This document shows positions 1 through 14,400 of a stretch of 64,000 nucleotides of DNA, in pieces. Location of the stretch: assembly GCA_002633005.1 (NCBI GenBank), contig NMRA01000264.1:145102-209101 (forward strand). Reading direction: 5' to 3'. Position numbers and translations under genes: made by a program. Each line of letters starts with the position of its first letter. The first letter of the stretch is position 1. The notes beneath the pieces are model-generated. The model saw nothing but the letters and a program-made list of their open reading frames with translations. It ran no database searches and was not told the DNA's origin. Origin of the DNA: Phoronis australis. Taxonomy: Eukaryota > Animalia > Phoronida.

Positions 1-1664
1 ATAATGCCTGACGGTCCATAGATATACAACGTAGGTGTTTGTACATGTTCAATAGTTATTGTATGGGATTGGTGATATCCTGCATGGAACCTGTCATTCT
101 TTAGAGAAGCTCAAATTTCTCCGATTGTTTTTGTAATGTTTGGGGTCATCAAAAATCGCTCAATATTCAATGCTGATCACACGCTGTGTGACCCGTGTTA
201 CAAAGACGCTTGTTAAAAATATTGCATTTTATCAGTTTTGCATAGAAAACCTACATGACTGTGGACATTTAACCTGTTACATTTATAAGGAATATTGTCT
301 CACTTGTAACCACACACACGCATCTTGTGTCTCTGCTAGTAAGTGTACTGCTGTGTTTAAGGTTTGGAATAGGATTTGAGAAATTTGCCTCAATTTCTGG
401 ACATCCGATGTGGAATTCCATTACAAGACACCTGGTGGTGAGACCATCTCTGAGTCAGCCCACATAGAATGCCAAGCATGTCATGGAAATTGATGACATT
501 TCACCAGTTTGCTAAAAATATTTTGGTTTTAGCAAGAATTTAAGAGAAAGAGAAACAGAGGAAGTTATCAAAAGCCAAAATAGTTGCTTAGCATAGCTTT
601 TTATGTTCAATATTACAAGGTAATGCCATGCGTTTTTCGTCTGATAATACTGCATCTAGTAACATGTGGAGATAATTTGATTGGATCCATGTAGGATAAT
701 AGGCCAGGGTTGGCTTACAAAGTGAATGAACGTGCAATTGATGTGGAGAAGTTGTTCCTTCATATTTGGTCATTCAATAATACGTATATCTCACGACCCT
801 ATTACCATGCATAAAAGAATAAATAATAGAAGGTTTATTTGCAACTGATAACAAAGCCATGAATTGCCAGTGGCCTCTCACTGTCACGCCATCTGTGCTC
901 TCTTTCTTAAACTACCTTCAACAAAGTTTCTCAATATTATATGACTTAACTGTGACATAAAAGGCTACAAGACTATTACTGGCAAATTATATCACTGATT
1001 GTCGACTGGATTACTTGTGTTGAAGATACATGACTTTGCTCACCTGTCAGGGGACATCGGACATGGCTCTGTAGAATTGGATTAATTAAGGTGTTATTTC
1101 TCTGCCAGCACTATTTTATTAGATTGTCCATTTGTAGATAATAAGTTTACCTACCACAGAGAACCAAATACAAAATCAATACTTTTCGTTCATGGGGGAT
1201 TATACACCAGGGTGGTATTGCTAACATCTTGGCAATCCTTTACAGCATAGTGTGAGATTGTATTCACATGAGAAATTGAAACTTTGTCATTGATCTTTTA
1301 TGTATGTTAACTTAACATCCACAGCATGCGTTTGCAATAATTTTATAATTTTAGGGGTATTATCATGGACAAAGGAATCAATATTTGCTTCAACATGTGA
1401 ATTTCATGATTTAGTTTTTATTATTGTTTCCTGAAGGTGTGATTTATCATTAGTAAAGTGAGATGAATATTTTATATCCTCAGCAAAACATACAATACTG
1501 TAACTTGTGCTACGAAGGATACACAGACATACAAATACCCTAGCCTGTGTCTTTGACCAAATTTGTGATGTCATGACTTGTAATCACAACTATTTTTCTT
1601 AAAAATATTGCTTTGTGATAAAAAAGTCATTCCACGTAACATGAGCCTTAAGTTCGTAGTATTG

Positions 1665-1776
1665 TGGCAACAGTCTCTTATAGGGGCCCCAGATTTTGAG
1701 AACCACTTTTGTGCCCGTTATTCAGTGAGAAAGCTGGTTCCCCAAATTGTGGGACCACTGTAAGAGACTATTGCCA
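1665..1776. mobile_element. Short hairpin MITE (~110 bp)
   Basis: Imperfect ~40-bp inverted arms tggcaacagtctcttatagggg..gagaacca / tggttcc..gtaagagactattgcca; related copy near 30535-30645. Confidence 0.65.
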
Positions 1777-2329
1777 AATTTGAGAGCGTTTTTGCAAAAA
1801 TGGCATGATCTTTAGTGACAGGCATAAAGTTTATTTAAAGTTCAATAGGGCCATCCCAGATTACACAGTTACACTCGAAATTTGCTTATTTACCCACAAT
1901 GCCGTAAACATCCATCAGGCATTTGCTGCCTCATTTTCGTGCCACTGGAGTTTCACATGTTATTTGTTGTCTGATTCTTGCATTACTCTAATGCCAAGGA
2001 AGCATTGGTGTGCTGTGGACTGATAAATTGGACCAAAACCCATGGATGTGTGATCTGAAATTCTTTGTCTTCCTGACATCAATGAGAGACTCAAAAATGT
2101 GCCCAATTTCCAAACTAGGTCACACACTTTCTTTTCTCCAGGCCAAAGGAGAGTTCTAATGTCGTGTAATCCAGGACGGCCCTATCGATTAAGATCTTTC
2201 CAATGCAGATCTGCTCAGTTGACTGGGGTTTTTGTCTCTTGGGGAGGCATTTGGATTATATTGCTTCTCAGGCCGTTGAATCACGATTCCCTGACTCATA
2301 GCCTTGATGCTCTGTTATTGCTTTTGCAG

Positions 2330-2487
2330 AGCCCCCTGTTATCACACCATTCAGATTCTCACCCCAACTCAAGCAGGGTCAACGTGTATCCGTTGCATGT
2401 GTTGTCACCAGTGGTGACCTGCCAATCACCATCAGCTGGCTCAAAGATGGCCAGCCACTGCCGCCAGACATGGGCTTCCAAACACGA
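2330..2487 (+). CDS. Dscam: Dscam exon, Ig7 N-half
   Basis: ttgcag|..[52 protein letters not shown]|gtgcgt. Confidence 0.9.
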
Positions 2488-5400
2488 GTGCGTAATTTGT
2501 TTTGTATTCAGCATGTTGTCTCTCAACCTCCCTAACGTACAATATGGTGTATTAGGGGAACTTTATTTTATCGTGTTCCTCATAACTAAGACAAGCATTA
2601 TAGTCGTTGATTTTTTACTTTTTACTACCTGGTATTTTTTTGATAATTAGTGGCAATGTAGTCAGACAGTTATGAATGGGAAATGTTAGTTTTGCTAATT
2701 GTTTTTGTGACTAAATTTAAGACACAATTTTGGAACAAGCCTTAGGGATTTTTTTCTTGTACATTTTGTGAAAGAGTAAGGGCCACCAAGTTAGAGTTTT
2801 GTCCTTCTTACGTTCTGTATCTTATCTACCTTCTTATGATATTTTGAATATTATAATTATGAGCATTCACAACAGCTATTGAACACTGAAAAAAGTGGAT
2901 CAAGTTTGGTATGATTTGTACAAAATTGATGAGGATGCTTGGTAATGTCTGAAATGGCATTTTAAGGCATTTTTCATTATTTGGCATATTTTACTTGCTC
3001 TGAGTGGTATTCTGGACCTTTTTCATCATTTTTTATTAAAATAAAATTTTCCTAAGTGGCAGTTTGACTGTGATAAAGCCACATGTATGTGTTTGAGGAG
3101 TTGTATTAGTTTTATTACCTGGTATCATTTCTCAAGTCAACTGTGGCTACTTGTCATGTACTGAAGCTGGGACTGAACATTGAACATGCATCTAGACCAT
3201 TGACCAGAGTTATCAGAACAGAAAAGTTTGCTTACCATGTACCAGCTGACATTTTGCTATTTTTGTGGAAATTCAGAAAATCTGAAGTTCCCCTTAACAG
3301 TGGGCTAAATAAATTTTTGTTCTCAAGATTTATTACTTCTGCACAATGAAATGATTATGTTCTTGCTATTCAAGAAAATTGATGCTTACTCGAGTACTCT
3401 GTCGACCGAGGATGCCGTACCTCGTCAGAATGGCAACTACACCTGTGTGGCCAGTAATACTGCGGCCACGGCGAATTACACTGCCACCATGCATGTGGAT
3501 GGTGAGTATGTCATGTGACACAATATAAATTATTCGTAAAGATTTGCTTGTAATTTTGCTAACACTTAAGACCTTTTACTCGACAGACACATCTAACTTT
3601 GGTTCTCGTAGTTTCTTATTAATAGCTAAGTGCCAATCGATACAAGGGTGGAAAATGAAGACTTCTGGAAAATGTAAGAAAGACTCACTCAGCATCAACA
3701 TAAGTTTTACCCCCGTGGCTTCACGAGCTCAGAATGAAGATGAAAATAACATTTTTGTTTCTTACCTTAAGTTTGTTATTTCAGTACCTCCTCGCTGGGT
3801 GAGTCCTCCTCAAGATTCGTTTGTTGTCCTCGGTCACAAGGTGATGCTTCACTGTCAGACAGCAGGCACGCCTGACCCTGTAGTCACCTGGAAAAAGTCT
3901 CAAGGTAACCTCTCGATTTGAAAATGGTCCGTTGAAGTACTTTAACCCTGTTGTAGGAAGCCTGTGTTCCTGCCAGCTGTTAAATTTAAGGAAAGCTTGT
4001 CACTGTATGATATCTGCTCAATATCTCTTTCTTACATTTGTGGCAATGGTTCGGGCATTTGCTTTTTGACTTATGGCTAGTTTTTTTTCATCTTTATTAA
4101 AAAGAAAAATGTCAGTGCCTTCCTTGATTGACTTAATTGATTGTCTTCAAATTCGAATAAAAATAATTGTCGCAATTATTATCTTTCAAAAGTTCACACA
4201 GCAAAATTTCAACTTATGTTTGCTGATGACACTCAACCGAGCCAATCATGAATTAAAATTTTCATCCTTTGTATTTTTGTATAGAAATTAGATAAAACAA
4301 TGAAAATATTTAATCATTTTGCCATACTGTGCTCTTCCTTGTAAACAGTATTGATTGTGGGACAGAAATAGTGTTGGTTATCTTATTTTTTCTGATGAAA
4401 TACTTAGAACGGGACTGATTATTACAACAGGTGCTGAACCCGGCAACTACCGACCAATGGACTTCAGAAGCGACTCTCGACTGAGGCAGTTTCCGAATGG
4501 AAGCCTTCAGATTGAAAACGCACGCGAGTCCGATGATAGTTCTTATCTTTGTCACTCTGACAATGGGATTGGGACCATCAGTAGAGCCATATTTCTCACA
4601 GTTCATAGTAAGTGGTTGCAGATGTATTTTTGACATCTCACATGTTGACTTCTTATCACTGTTTTATGGTTAATTTGTGTGTTGCAAGTTAGGTAGAACT
4701 AGAAAGCATTTACTGAATTCACAAATTTCTGCCAAGTCATCGCAGTCATAAAGTGCCCTCACCTGAGCTCACTACCACAATTTTGATAACTTGGGATTGA
4801 CCGTTGTCAAACAACCTATGAAAACTTTATCAAAATCCGTTAGTTTCATATGCTCTAGTCATCATAACAGTGACTAATAAGACTGATGTGCCTAAGTTGG
4901 ATTGGTTTCTCTTCTAGTCACTTCTCTAGAGGCCAGTTCACTACCGGTCATTTCACTAGCGGTCATTTCACTTCCGGTCACTTCACTACCAGTCACTTCA
5001 CTTCCGGTCACTTCACTACTAGTAATAATTCCTCATTTCAGTCCCAGCTTCCTTCAAGACACAGCAGGCCAACTACAGTGTGGTCAAAGGTCAGAACATC
5101 TCTGTTGAGTGCCGCGCAGTCGGTGACACACCCATGCAGATCTCTTGGCGGTACAACAGTGCCCCTCTACTTCAAACACCCAGGTATAGTTTGCATCCAG
5201 TGTAATGACTCGTGTGAGTGGCTATCCAGGTTCTCCAGGCTCCATAGCAGTGACCTTGACATTTGAAATTTGTCAGTTATGTAGGACCCTCAAACAATGT
5301 CCAACTTTGGTTTAACTTCAGTCATCATATCTCAGACATGGCTGATCAGATCAACATCAAACTTTCGGATACTATGCTGTATGCACTATTCTCAAAAACC

Positions 5401-8400
5401 ATGATAAGAATTGTTTTAATATTTTCAATTTTTTCATGATGAGCTAATAAAAATTAGACTTTTATAATTGTCATAAAAAAATAAGTTGCATTTAACAAAA
5501 TGACATTTTAGAAAACTAAGTTCAATGGTATTTTTGAGATCTTGTCTTGAACATTTGTATATCAAATAAAGTTTGATCATGTTATTGATAACGTTGTTTT
5601 TCTATGAATGCACCTGTCTTCCTAGCTGAATTTTACTATAAGACATATCGTCATGACCCAATAAATAGCAGATTGGCAAAACGCCAAAAATTTACTTTCA
5701 GAAAATATATATTTTCAGAGACTTAAAATCCATAGTTTTGTAAATATTTGGCTAATTACATACTTGTCAATAAGGTGCTACATAACCTTGAGTAATTTGT
5801 GACTCATAATTTTTCTCTGTGTTGAGTGCTATCAGTCTTGTAATGACAATACGCTATTGACCTATCGCCAGGACTTTGAGTGATAGCTTAAGTGACCAAT
5901 CAGAACGCAGCCTTCTTGACACACCTTCGTTTCCAAGCCGTCATTTTACCTGACAAACAACACGTTGCCGGGTGATATTTATTGTTTGTTTGTCAACATT
6001 TCGCAAGGGGCAGAGCTTGCGATATGTCAATTGTTGGTACTAGTTACAGAATAAATAGGACCTCATTGAGTAATTTACATTTAGTCACTGAAAGTAAAAA
6101 ATGATTTGACATTTAACTTAAGGAAATGGTAAAATGAGTGCTGCGATTTGTTCTCTAGGCTCTGGTAACTTCAATCAGATAATGAAGTCAAGTGGTTGTC
6201 GCTGACAGCTAGTCTTGTAGATTTCTGTCTGTTTCTGAAACCATAAGAGATTGGTCTGGGCTTCAGTCGTCACAACTCAACTGAGACCATAAGAGATTGG
6301 TCTGGACTTGAGTTGTCACTACTCAACTGAGACAATAAGAGATTGGTCTGGGCTTGAGTTGTCACTACTCAGCTGAGACCATAAGAGATTGGTCTGGGCT
6401 TCAGTCGTCACTACTCAACTTGCTTCAATCATTTATCTTCTTTTCCTTCATCAACAGATACCAAAGGTCAGAGTTCAATTTTGATAAAGGTTACGGTAGT
6501 CGGCTGAGGATAGCCCTTTCAGAAAGATCGGACACAGGTTACTACTTGTGTACAGCCAAGAACAACTTTGGACATGACCAGATGCTGGTCCACCTGGTAG
6601 TTCAAGGTATGATAATTATATGCCAGCAGCAATGGTACATTACCCACTCTGTATTCTTTCAGCAGTTGCATGAATCATTCTATTTTTCATGAAACTTCAT
6701 GTTTATTAGGGGTGTTTATGTGATTGAGATTAGAACTGTTAATAATAGGGCTATTGAGCTTCTCCACATACCAAGTCAACCTAATAGCATTCAAGTGAGT
6801 GGATAGTGCTGCCACCTGCAGTCATTTTGTTGCCCAGTTTGCAACTGTTGGTCATGAAAGTAAACACACCTGGGTTGTATTATTCAGATCTCAACTGCTG
6901 TATAGGTCTTTCATCATTTTATGCGAATATTGAGATTTATAAGTGTGAAAATGTTTTTATGAAAGATAAAATACGTGTCATAAATTGAACTAATAAGCAG
7001 AGGTCATCATTAGACTTCATATTTCCAGAGAGTCCAGATCAGCCAGCCAATCTAGCTGTTGAACAGTCAAAAAGCCGTACTATAGTTGTATCCTGGACAA
7101 TGCCTTTTAATGGACACAGTGAGATCACCGACTATATTATACAGTATAAGAATAGCACAGGTCAGTCATACTTGAATTTCCAGGAAGGTGTTTTTAATCA
7201 CCGATGATGGTAATTCTCAAGAATAGCCCACTTAGACATTATTTAAAGTCGCATGGTGTGTTAATTAAGGTCATTATGTCAAAAGTGGAGTCAAACTGGA
7301 ATAAACCAAGTTTGAGAGGACGAATCTTGCTGTACATTAAGCAATTGGTGAACTACACTCAACTCATCGTACATGCTCTATATATTAAGAAACAAAAATT
7401 TGTCACATTAAAATCACTCAAAAGGATTTTAATCTTACTCAAAGGTGGCGCTGCTTATGGCATTAATGGGCAGACAGATTATAGATACAAAAAGTGGGTT
7501 TCTGGAATTGAAACTAACTGCAATTGGGATATTGGTTTTCATATTGATCTCTTGGTATCTGTATAATTATGCACTTCTCTTTGCCATCTTTGTGTTATCA
7601 GCCCAAAAGTCTCGTACTCTTATATGTTTACTGTATGTGACTACTTAGTAGTGCTTTGACCTGATGTTTATACGCGGACCTTTGGTGAACTTCTGACCTG
7701 ATTCTACGTCTTCCAGTGCTGTAGAGTTCAGTTCGTTTTCAGATGTCTGGCAAGGTGTCATACAGTCGGTGACCATCCGAGTCCAAGATGGTGGTCATAC
7801 CCAGGGAGCGGTCTCGGGCCTACACCCTGCTAGAGCTTATGACTTACGCTTGTTGGCTAAAAATAAGATTGGTGTCAGTGAACCCAGCTTACCAGTTAGT
7901 GTGTCTACAGGGGAAGAGGGTATGTTTCATTGTTTGTAGCTTATTCACTGCTTTTTGTATGTGACAGGTTTGGATGCAGCAGTGCTCTTAGGTGTTAAAA
8001 AGAGTTTATGTTTGACATGTGTTCCAGACACATGCAACTGTTTTTCCAAGGCCAAGTAAAAGTTTGTCTTCACATTTGATTGATAAAATATAATTTTCTG
8101 TCGTCTAGAATTTTCAAGTGATTTAGTTTTGACGTGGAATTTTTCCTGATGTAAGAAATGTGAAACAGGAATTACATACTAATGAATGGGTATGGCAATA
8201 GTAATGAATGTACGTACATTTGTCTCCATTTCAGGTAACATTTTTTTTTGCAATTGGAAGCCTATTAAGAATTTTTAACTGAAATTAAGTATAATGAGTT
8301 TCAAAATATTTGTATTCGTTATCCAAAATGCATTCTACTGTGCAGTTTAGTGTTCAGGTACAAATGTTTTAACTTAATTCCTCACTCCATTCGACAGCTC

Positions 8401-11400
8401 CCTCTGGACCTCCCCTCAATATCAAAGTCAACGCTGAGAATTCGCAAGTTCTCAAGGTCACATGGTCTCCGCCGTCAGTCGACCACTGCAATGGCATCAT
8501 CACTGGCTACTATATCCACTACAAGGTGCACAATAGTAGCTCCCCCTGGCGGCACAGTACGCTATCTGTCGGAGAGGTGGTGAAACTAGAGATGGTCTTG
8601 GACAATCTTAAAAAGTTCACACGATACTCTGTACAGCTCCAGGCATACAACGCCAAGGGTACCGGGCCGCAGTCGGACATCGTTAATGTATTCACCTTGG
8701 AAGATGGTAAATTTTGTCTATGGTCAATGAATGAAAAATATTAGTATGCACATTGTGCCATTTAAGAGGTCTCACAAGTAAAAATCTTGATAATAATGTT
8801 TTCCTTTTTGAATAAAACTGGTAATTGTTTTGTAACTTTCAAACACTGGTTTCCCTCTCCCACCTAATAATAGGCGGTCTACTTCTTTGTAGCAATTATT
8901 CGTTTGTCAAAAACTGGACGTGCACGTCTTTGCTTGACTTTACTGTCTTGTTCAATAATATGTATCCTAAAACCATAAGGATATGCCTATTTTAGCAAGT
9001 TGTTAAAATGAGATGCGGGAATAGTTAATCACCAGTGTCTGATGTCTGTGTTCCAGTTCCCAGCTTGCCACCTACTAGTGTCGCGGCAACAGCTCTCAGT
9101 TCTCAGAGTATCATGGTGGTGTGGTCTCCCCCACCTGTCTATACACTCAACGGCATACTGCAGGGCTACAAGGTTATTGTCAAGCCTGTCAGAGATGATG
9201 AAGGTACCTGTCAAAACTCTATTTTGGTATGACTGATCATCATCAATATTTTCTCCGGTGTAATCTATTTTGTTTAATTCGTAAATATTGATTATCTAAG
9301 CTACAGAATATATGCACGTTTTTGGACTGGCTGTATTATTAACACAGCCTTGAAGCATACGGTGAATTCTCACCAATTTCAGACAAACACAATTTGCCAA
9401 ATTGTCCTTTTTTCATCTTTCAAAGGCACTTAATGTCATTATGAGTAGCCGCAGTGTTTGAAAATATGATGGTAGGTATGGTAATGAAGAAGAATATTCT
9501 AAAGCACAACTTTGATACTACTAGTCGTTTATTGAAAAACGTGAAGAAATAAAAGTTCACTTGGTTGCCATATTGTGTCCTAAATTGGCGAGATTTTACT
9601 GTATTGTGAGTGGCATACACTCGAGCTGGTTATCTAAGGTAAGATTTTATGCGATGTTTCAGATGAGAGTGACAGCCATATTCAGACGAGCACCACTATG
9701 CAGGTGGGCGTGTACAACCTACAGAAGTACACTAACTACAGTGTCCAGGTGCTGGCCTTCACTCGCAAGGGTGAGGGTGTTCGCAGCGCCCCCTTGTATG
9801 TCATGACAGAACAGGACGGTAATCAGTCATGTTGTCTTTACCAGATTGCATTGAACAGAGAGTGATAATTTGCTAGACGAAATAGAATTATTCTGATTTG
9901 TGGTAAACATTTTTACCACGTTTTACTTCATAACTTTACCTTTTGGTTATTTGATGGATTAACGAGTTTATTATGCAAAATCAGTGGGTGGAAACAGTGA
10001 ATAAAATGGGTATATCTGTACATGTTAGGATCATTGTTCTCATCAAAATACTGCCACTAGGGGGCGCCAAGTATAATTTTCAAATTAAATTCCTCATTTG
10101 TGGTGTTTTGTTCTTGAAACACTTATTTGCTCAGAAAAATGACACTTTTTCTATCAAATGGTTGGGCACATGTCTCTTTTATGCTAAATGTTTGTGTTTA
10201 CATTTTGTTGTAGTGCCTGGTTCACCTTCTGATGTGAAATCGTTTGCCACAAACTCAACAGCAGTACTGGTCACATGGTTACCACCAGATCACCCTAATG
10301 GAGTACTGAAGGGCTACATTGTGTACCAGTTGTCTGAGGACACGGTCAGTACTGGCCTTGGTCTAACATGTCATCATTTCCAAAAGACAAGACAAAGCTA
10401 ATTTTTTTATTTTGTAACTTTAAATTTATTACTGGTTTGTTTTAATCATTAAATAAATGTCTGCATTAGGTTTTTATTGACTTTATACGAATTAAAAAAA
10501 TTGTTGGGTATTTGATAAAAATTTATTTATTTCAGATACTGAAATAATAATTATTTTCTTAAAAGTTTGGTGTCATGTCCGTAATTTTACAACTTGTTCT
10601 GATATTAATTGGTCATAAAGAAATGAAAAGTTATGGACACTACACTTAAATACCTTTCCATCTGATTATCAGATTAAAAAACTGTCAGTTCCTCCATTTT
10701 AAGACAAGTTTCTGCATAGCACTATGTTGAAGTGAATACTTATCTTAAATTGAGAACTTTTTGCTTTTTACAGTATATCATAATTGTATGTAACTACCTC
10801 TGTACACTCCAACTTGAAAAAGGATTTACGAGCACTCGTTAGTGAGACTGCAAACTTTTACTTGCATGATTCTTTTGTGTGTGTCTGGAAAGTCATCCGT
10901 GTTATGTGTCTCAAGTTATGAACTGGCAAACCTGTTTTCAAACTGTGTTGATACAAAACGTCTGATATTTGAGAAATGTGACAAATGACAAAATCGCCCA
11001 TGCCAATCTTCAAAATCTAGGTAATTAAATTTTGGTTACCCAAATTTTAGACACTATCCCAATTTTCCTATGCATCTCTCGGTGCAAGCCTTCTATCTTA
11101 TGCCTGGACCTTGCATTGTTTTACTAAAACACCCCATCTCCTTCAGACAGTCTGACCATTTCCTTAAATCTGTTTAAATGTTCCTTGCAGGCTGATCCTA
11201 TCAAGCACACTGTCAATCCAACCATAACTCGATTGTATGTATCCGGCTTGTCGACCAATCAGATCTATTCATTCCAAGTGACGGCTTCGACAGTGATAGG
11301 GGAAGGAGATAGAACCCGAGTGGTCAAGTCGTCCCCGCTAAATCAGAGTAAGAGTTTGTATTTATTTTACCATCCCTATATCTCTCGAGTTGTATCATGT

Positions 11401-14400
11401 TTGTCTTTTGAAATGGAAGTCACTTATTGGTTCTCCGTTTTCAAATTACCCTGCTGTGAATAGTTGGTCAAAACATGAATATTGTCACCCTCAGGTTTTT
11501 CCTTTGTTTATTTTGTCTTCTTTACTTTCACCAAAATTGAAAAAAATCTAATTGTGTTTTATCTTTTTTATACTTATGTATCTTTTTGTAATTTTTTATT
11601 TTACTTATTTTTTGCATAAAAAGCTCTGAATGTTTTATGGAATTCTTGTTCCATTCATGTGACATTTGAAAAGTTTTTTTTGTTGTTTGTATTAAAGGTC
11701 TACAGGTGGAGGTTTGATATCGTAGATGATGGTTGTTGTTATAATTACTCTCTTTTCCCAGTTTCTGCCAGAATTGCTACATTCCCCCACAAAATCCTCA
11801 TTCAATGGAAGAATGATGTCATCCTACCGTGTGACAGTATTGGGGATGTGCCACTCAAGGTCACATGGAGCAAAAGGTAAATACAAGATCACCTAGATAT
11901 GAAATGTATTTACATTTAATTGGTTTACTTAAGAGAAAAAAGAATTTGTAACATGCAATTTTTACTTTAAATTTTTGAGAATATTTTTACTTCATTATAT
12001 GTAGAAATTCTGCCACTGACTATAACTAAGTTCAGTGATCTATTGACTTCAGTGTTGTTTACTTAATTATAAGGCCAAAAAATCAGCTAGAAATACACCA
12101 CAGCTTCAATTTTCAAAACAACCGCAGACCAGAACAAACTATACTTTTTATTGTACCACCTTTTATTTTTATTGTGTTCTTATTTGCACAGGCAATTGAG
12201 AAACGTACAAGAAATCACTCCATCAGACAACATTCGCTTGCTCAGCAATGGCTCTCTTCAGATGTTAAATGTACAGAGTGCAGACGCTGCCGACTACGTT
12301 TGTCGAGTCTCTAACGATCACGGAACTGATGAGATTATCATCACTTTGATCGTCCAAGGTGAGTATACTGTTTTGGTGGCTGCTGTTTTTTCCTGTAGTG
12401 TGTATCACAGAGTTGCTTCTGAGAACTATTGATCAAGCTATAGGTCATCATGTTTCAATGAAGTCTGGCTGAATGATGTAATTTAGTTATAATTTCAATT
12501 TTTTGTCGTCATTTTCTATGTGTTTATAATTGAAAATTGATGAAAAGAATAAAAAGCTGCCATTTATGCAATTCCAGCAAATATTTTGCATGCCAAAAAT
12601 CCTGGTTATTGCAAAATGTTGCATTTCCCGTTTTGAAATAGTTATTGAAATTATTTTGAACCACTGCAACCATCACAATAGAAAATGATGTTATGAAAGA
12701 AATGACAAATTTCTGTTTTTCTGTCAATGGTATTGCTGTGTTAAGGCCATCTCAAGTGCTGTTTTATGAGAACTAAGAAGTGGGATGACGTTTCCGAAAC
12801 TGATTTATAACGTAAAATAATCTGCCGCACATTGTTCTAATCTGCCTACCGATTCTTTCTTGCTTCAAAGTGAACCGTGAGAGTGTGTGTAAGTATACGA
12901 GTTGTGATTAGAGATGTCGTGTGTCTCCTTGTGTATCCTTCCTGTATATTATCAGCTGGTGTGTGCGAGTGTTGCTGTAGAACCGCGTTGAAAATGCTGT
13001 TGCAGGGGTCGTGGGTCAAGCGAACATTGGGGCTTGGTTATCCAAAATGCATAGGGGTTAATAAAAATGTTCTTTACCCAGCCAGGACCATAAGCTCTTT
13101 GTTAAGCTGTGTTTACTTACACAGGACACCTGAGGCTGTTGTCTGACTAAGAGCAGGGTTCATACAGAACTACTTTCACTGACCTTGCATGCCAATTTCA
13201 AAAGATCTATTGTGTGTGGACAAACACCAATGATTTACAATGGTCGGCAAAATTATTAATCACTATGCAAATTAGTTATCCCTTCCAAGCACAAAGTGAA
13301 ACATTTTTGGGCAACTTTTTGTGTTTGTAAGTAACAAAAATTTTTACCATGTTGGAAATTCAGCACAAGTCAGACGCTGTTAGTTATTTATAGTTATTGT
13401 AAAACTCAGGCTAAACAGAATTTAGTCAAGCCACAAAACATGTTAAATATTTCAATTTGAACACAGGTGACACTTTGACGCTGTTCCAACTCTACTTGTA
13501 AAAATGGTTAAAAACTGTTACGAAGCTAAAGACAGTGGGAAAGGAATCCTTTGTATCTTTCATGCAGTTTGTCTTGAACTATATTTGCCTGCATTTATAA
13601 AAAATGTCCCCACTTCCTGGATTCAGTTACTTTTGGTAGGAATCATTTCCAAAAATAACTTAACTGCATTTTTCTCGGTCTGTACATCTGGCTAAAAACG
13701 AAAAATTAGTCTCGTAATATTCCTTACCGTAGTAGGACTCTACTTCTGTTACAAACATGAACACAGGTAATGAGTACATGCACCATTTTTGAATTCACAA
13801 CTTTAAGGTAGGCCAACCAATAAACTCTGGAGCATCATTTTGGGTCACTGATTGTTTAGCTGTTTAAGTTTGTAATGAAAATACAATCTTCACGGTATGA
13901 GACTGATTTTATCAGGGTAAAAGGCCCAATTAGATTTTTGTTTTTTAACCAGCTAAACAAGGCAAAATGTAGGAAAATGTTGTAGAAATGGTAATAATAT
14001 CCTGAGAACTCATTGAAAGGGATAACGAATTTGAACGAAGGCTATGATTAGTTCCCCTTAGCTGACGACGTTAGCCTACATGAAACCCATGAGTGTTTTG
14101 TGGCTTTTTGTACTTGTGTACATCATGTGTTATTTTGAGCAGGCAGATATTGTATGTATTGTAGGTAACTAGTAAGTACATCGTTTCACTTTGTGGCCCT
14201 CAGTTGTTTGCTGTCAACAGAAACTCTTGGTGAGTCGAGGACCATGCAGATATGGTACATGTACCGTGAGTTTTCGTGTAATTTATGCTTACTTTTCATA
14301 CCCGCAGTTCCACCCAATCCACCCAAGTTGTCAGTTGCCGTGACAACGTCATCAACAATCCAAGTCAACTGGAGGTCAGGCAGTAATGGAGGAAGTGCTA

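Noticed and set aside
4886-5108. ORFs with GHFTS/VTSLP repeats
   Set aside because: These are translations of the 15-bp minisatellite; the true exon starts at 5042 in another frame.
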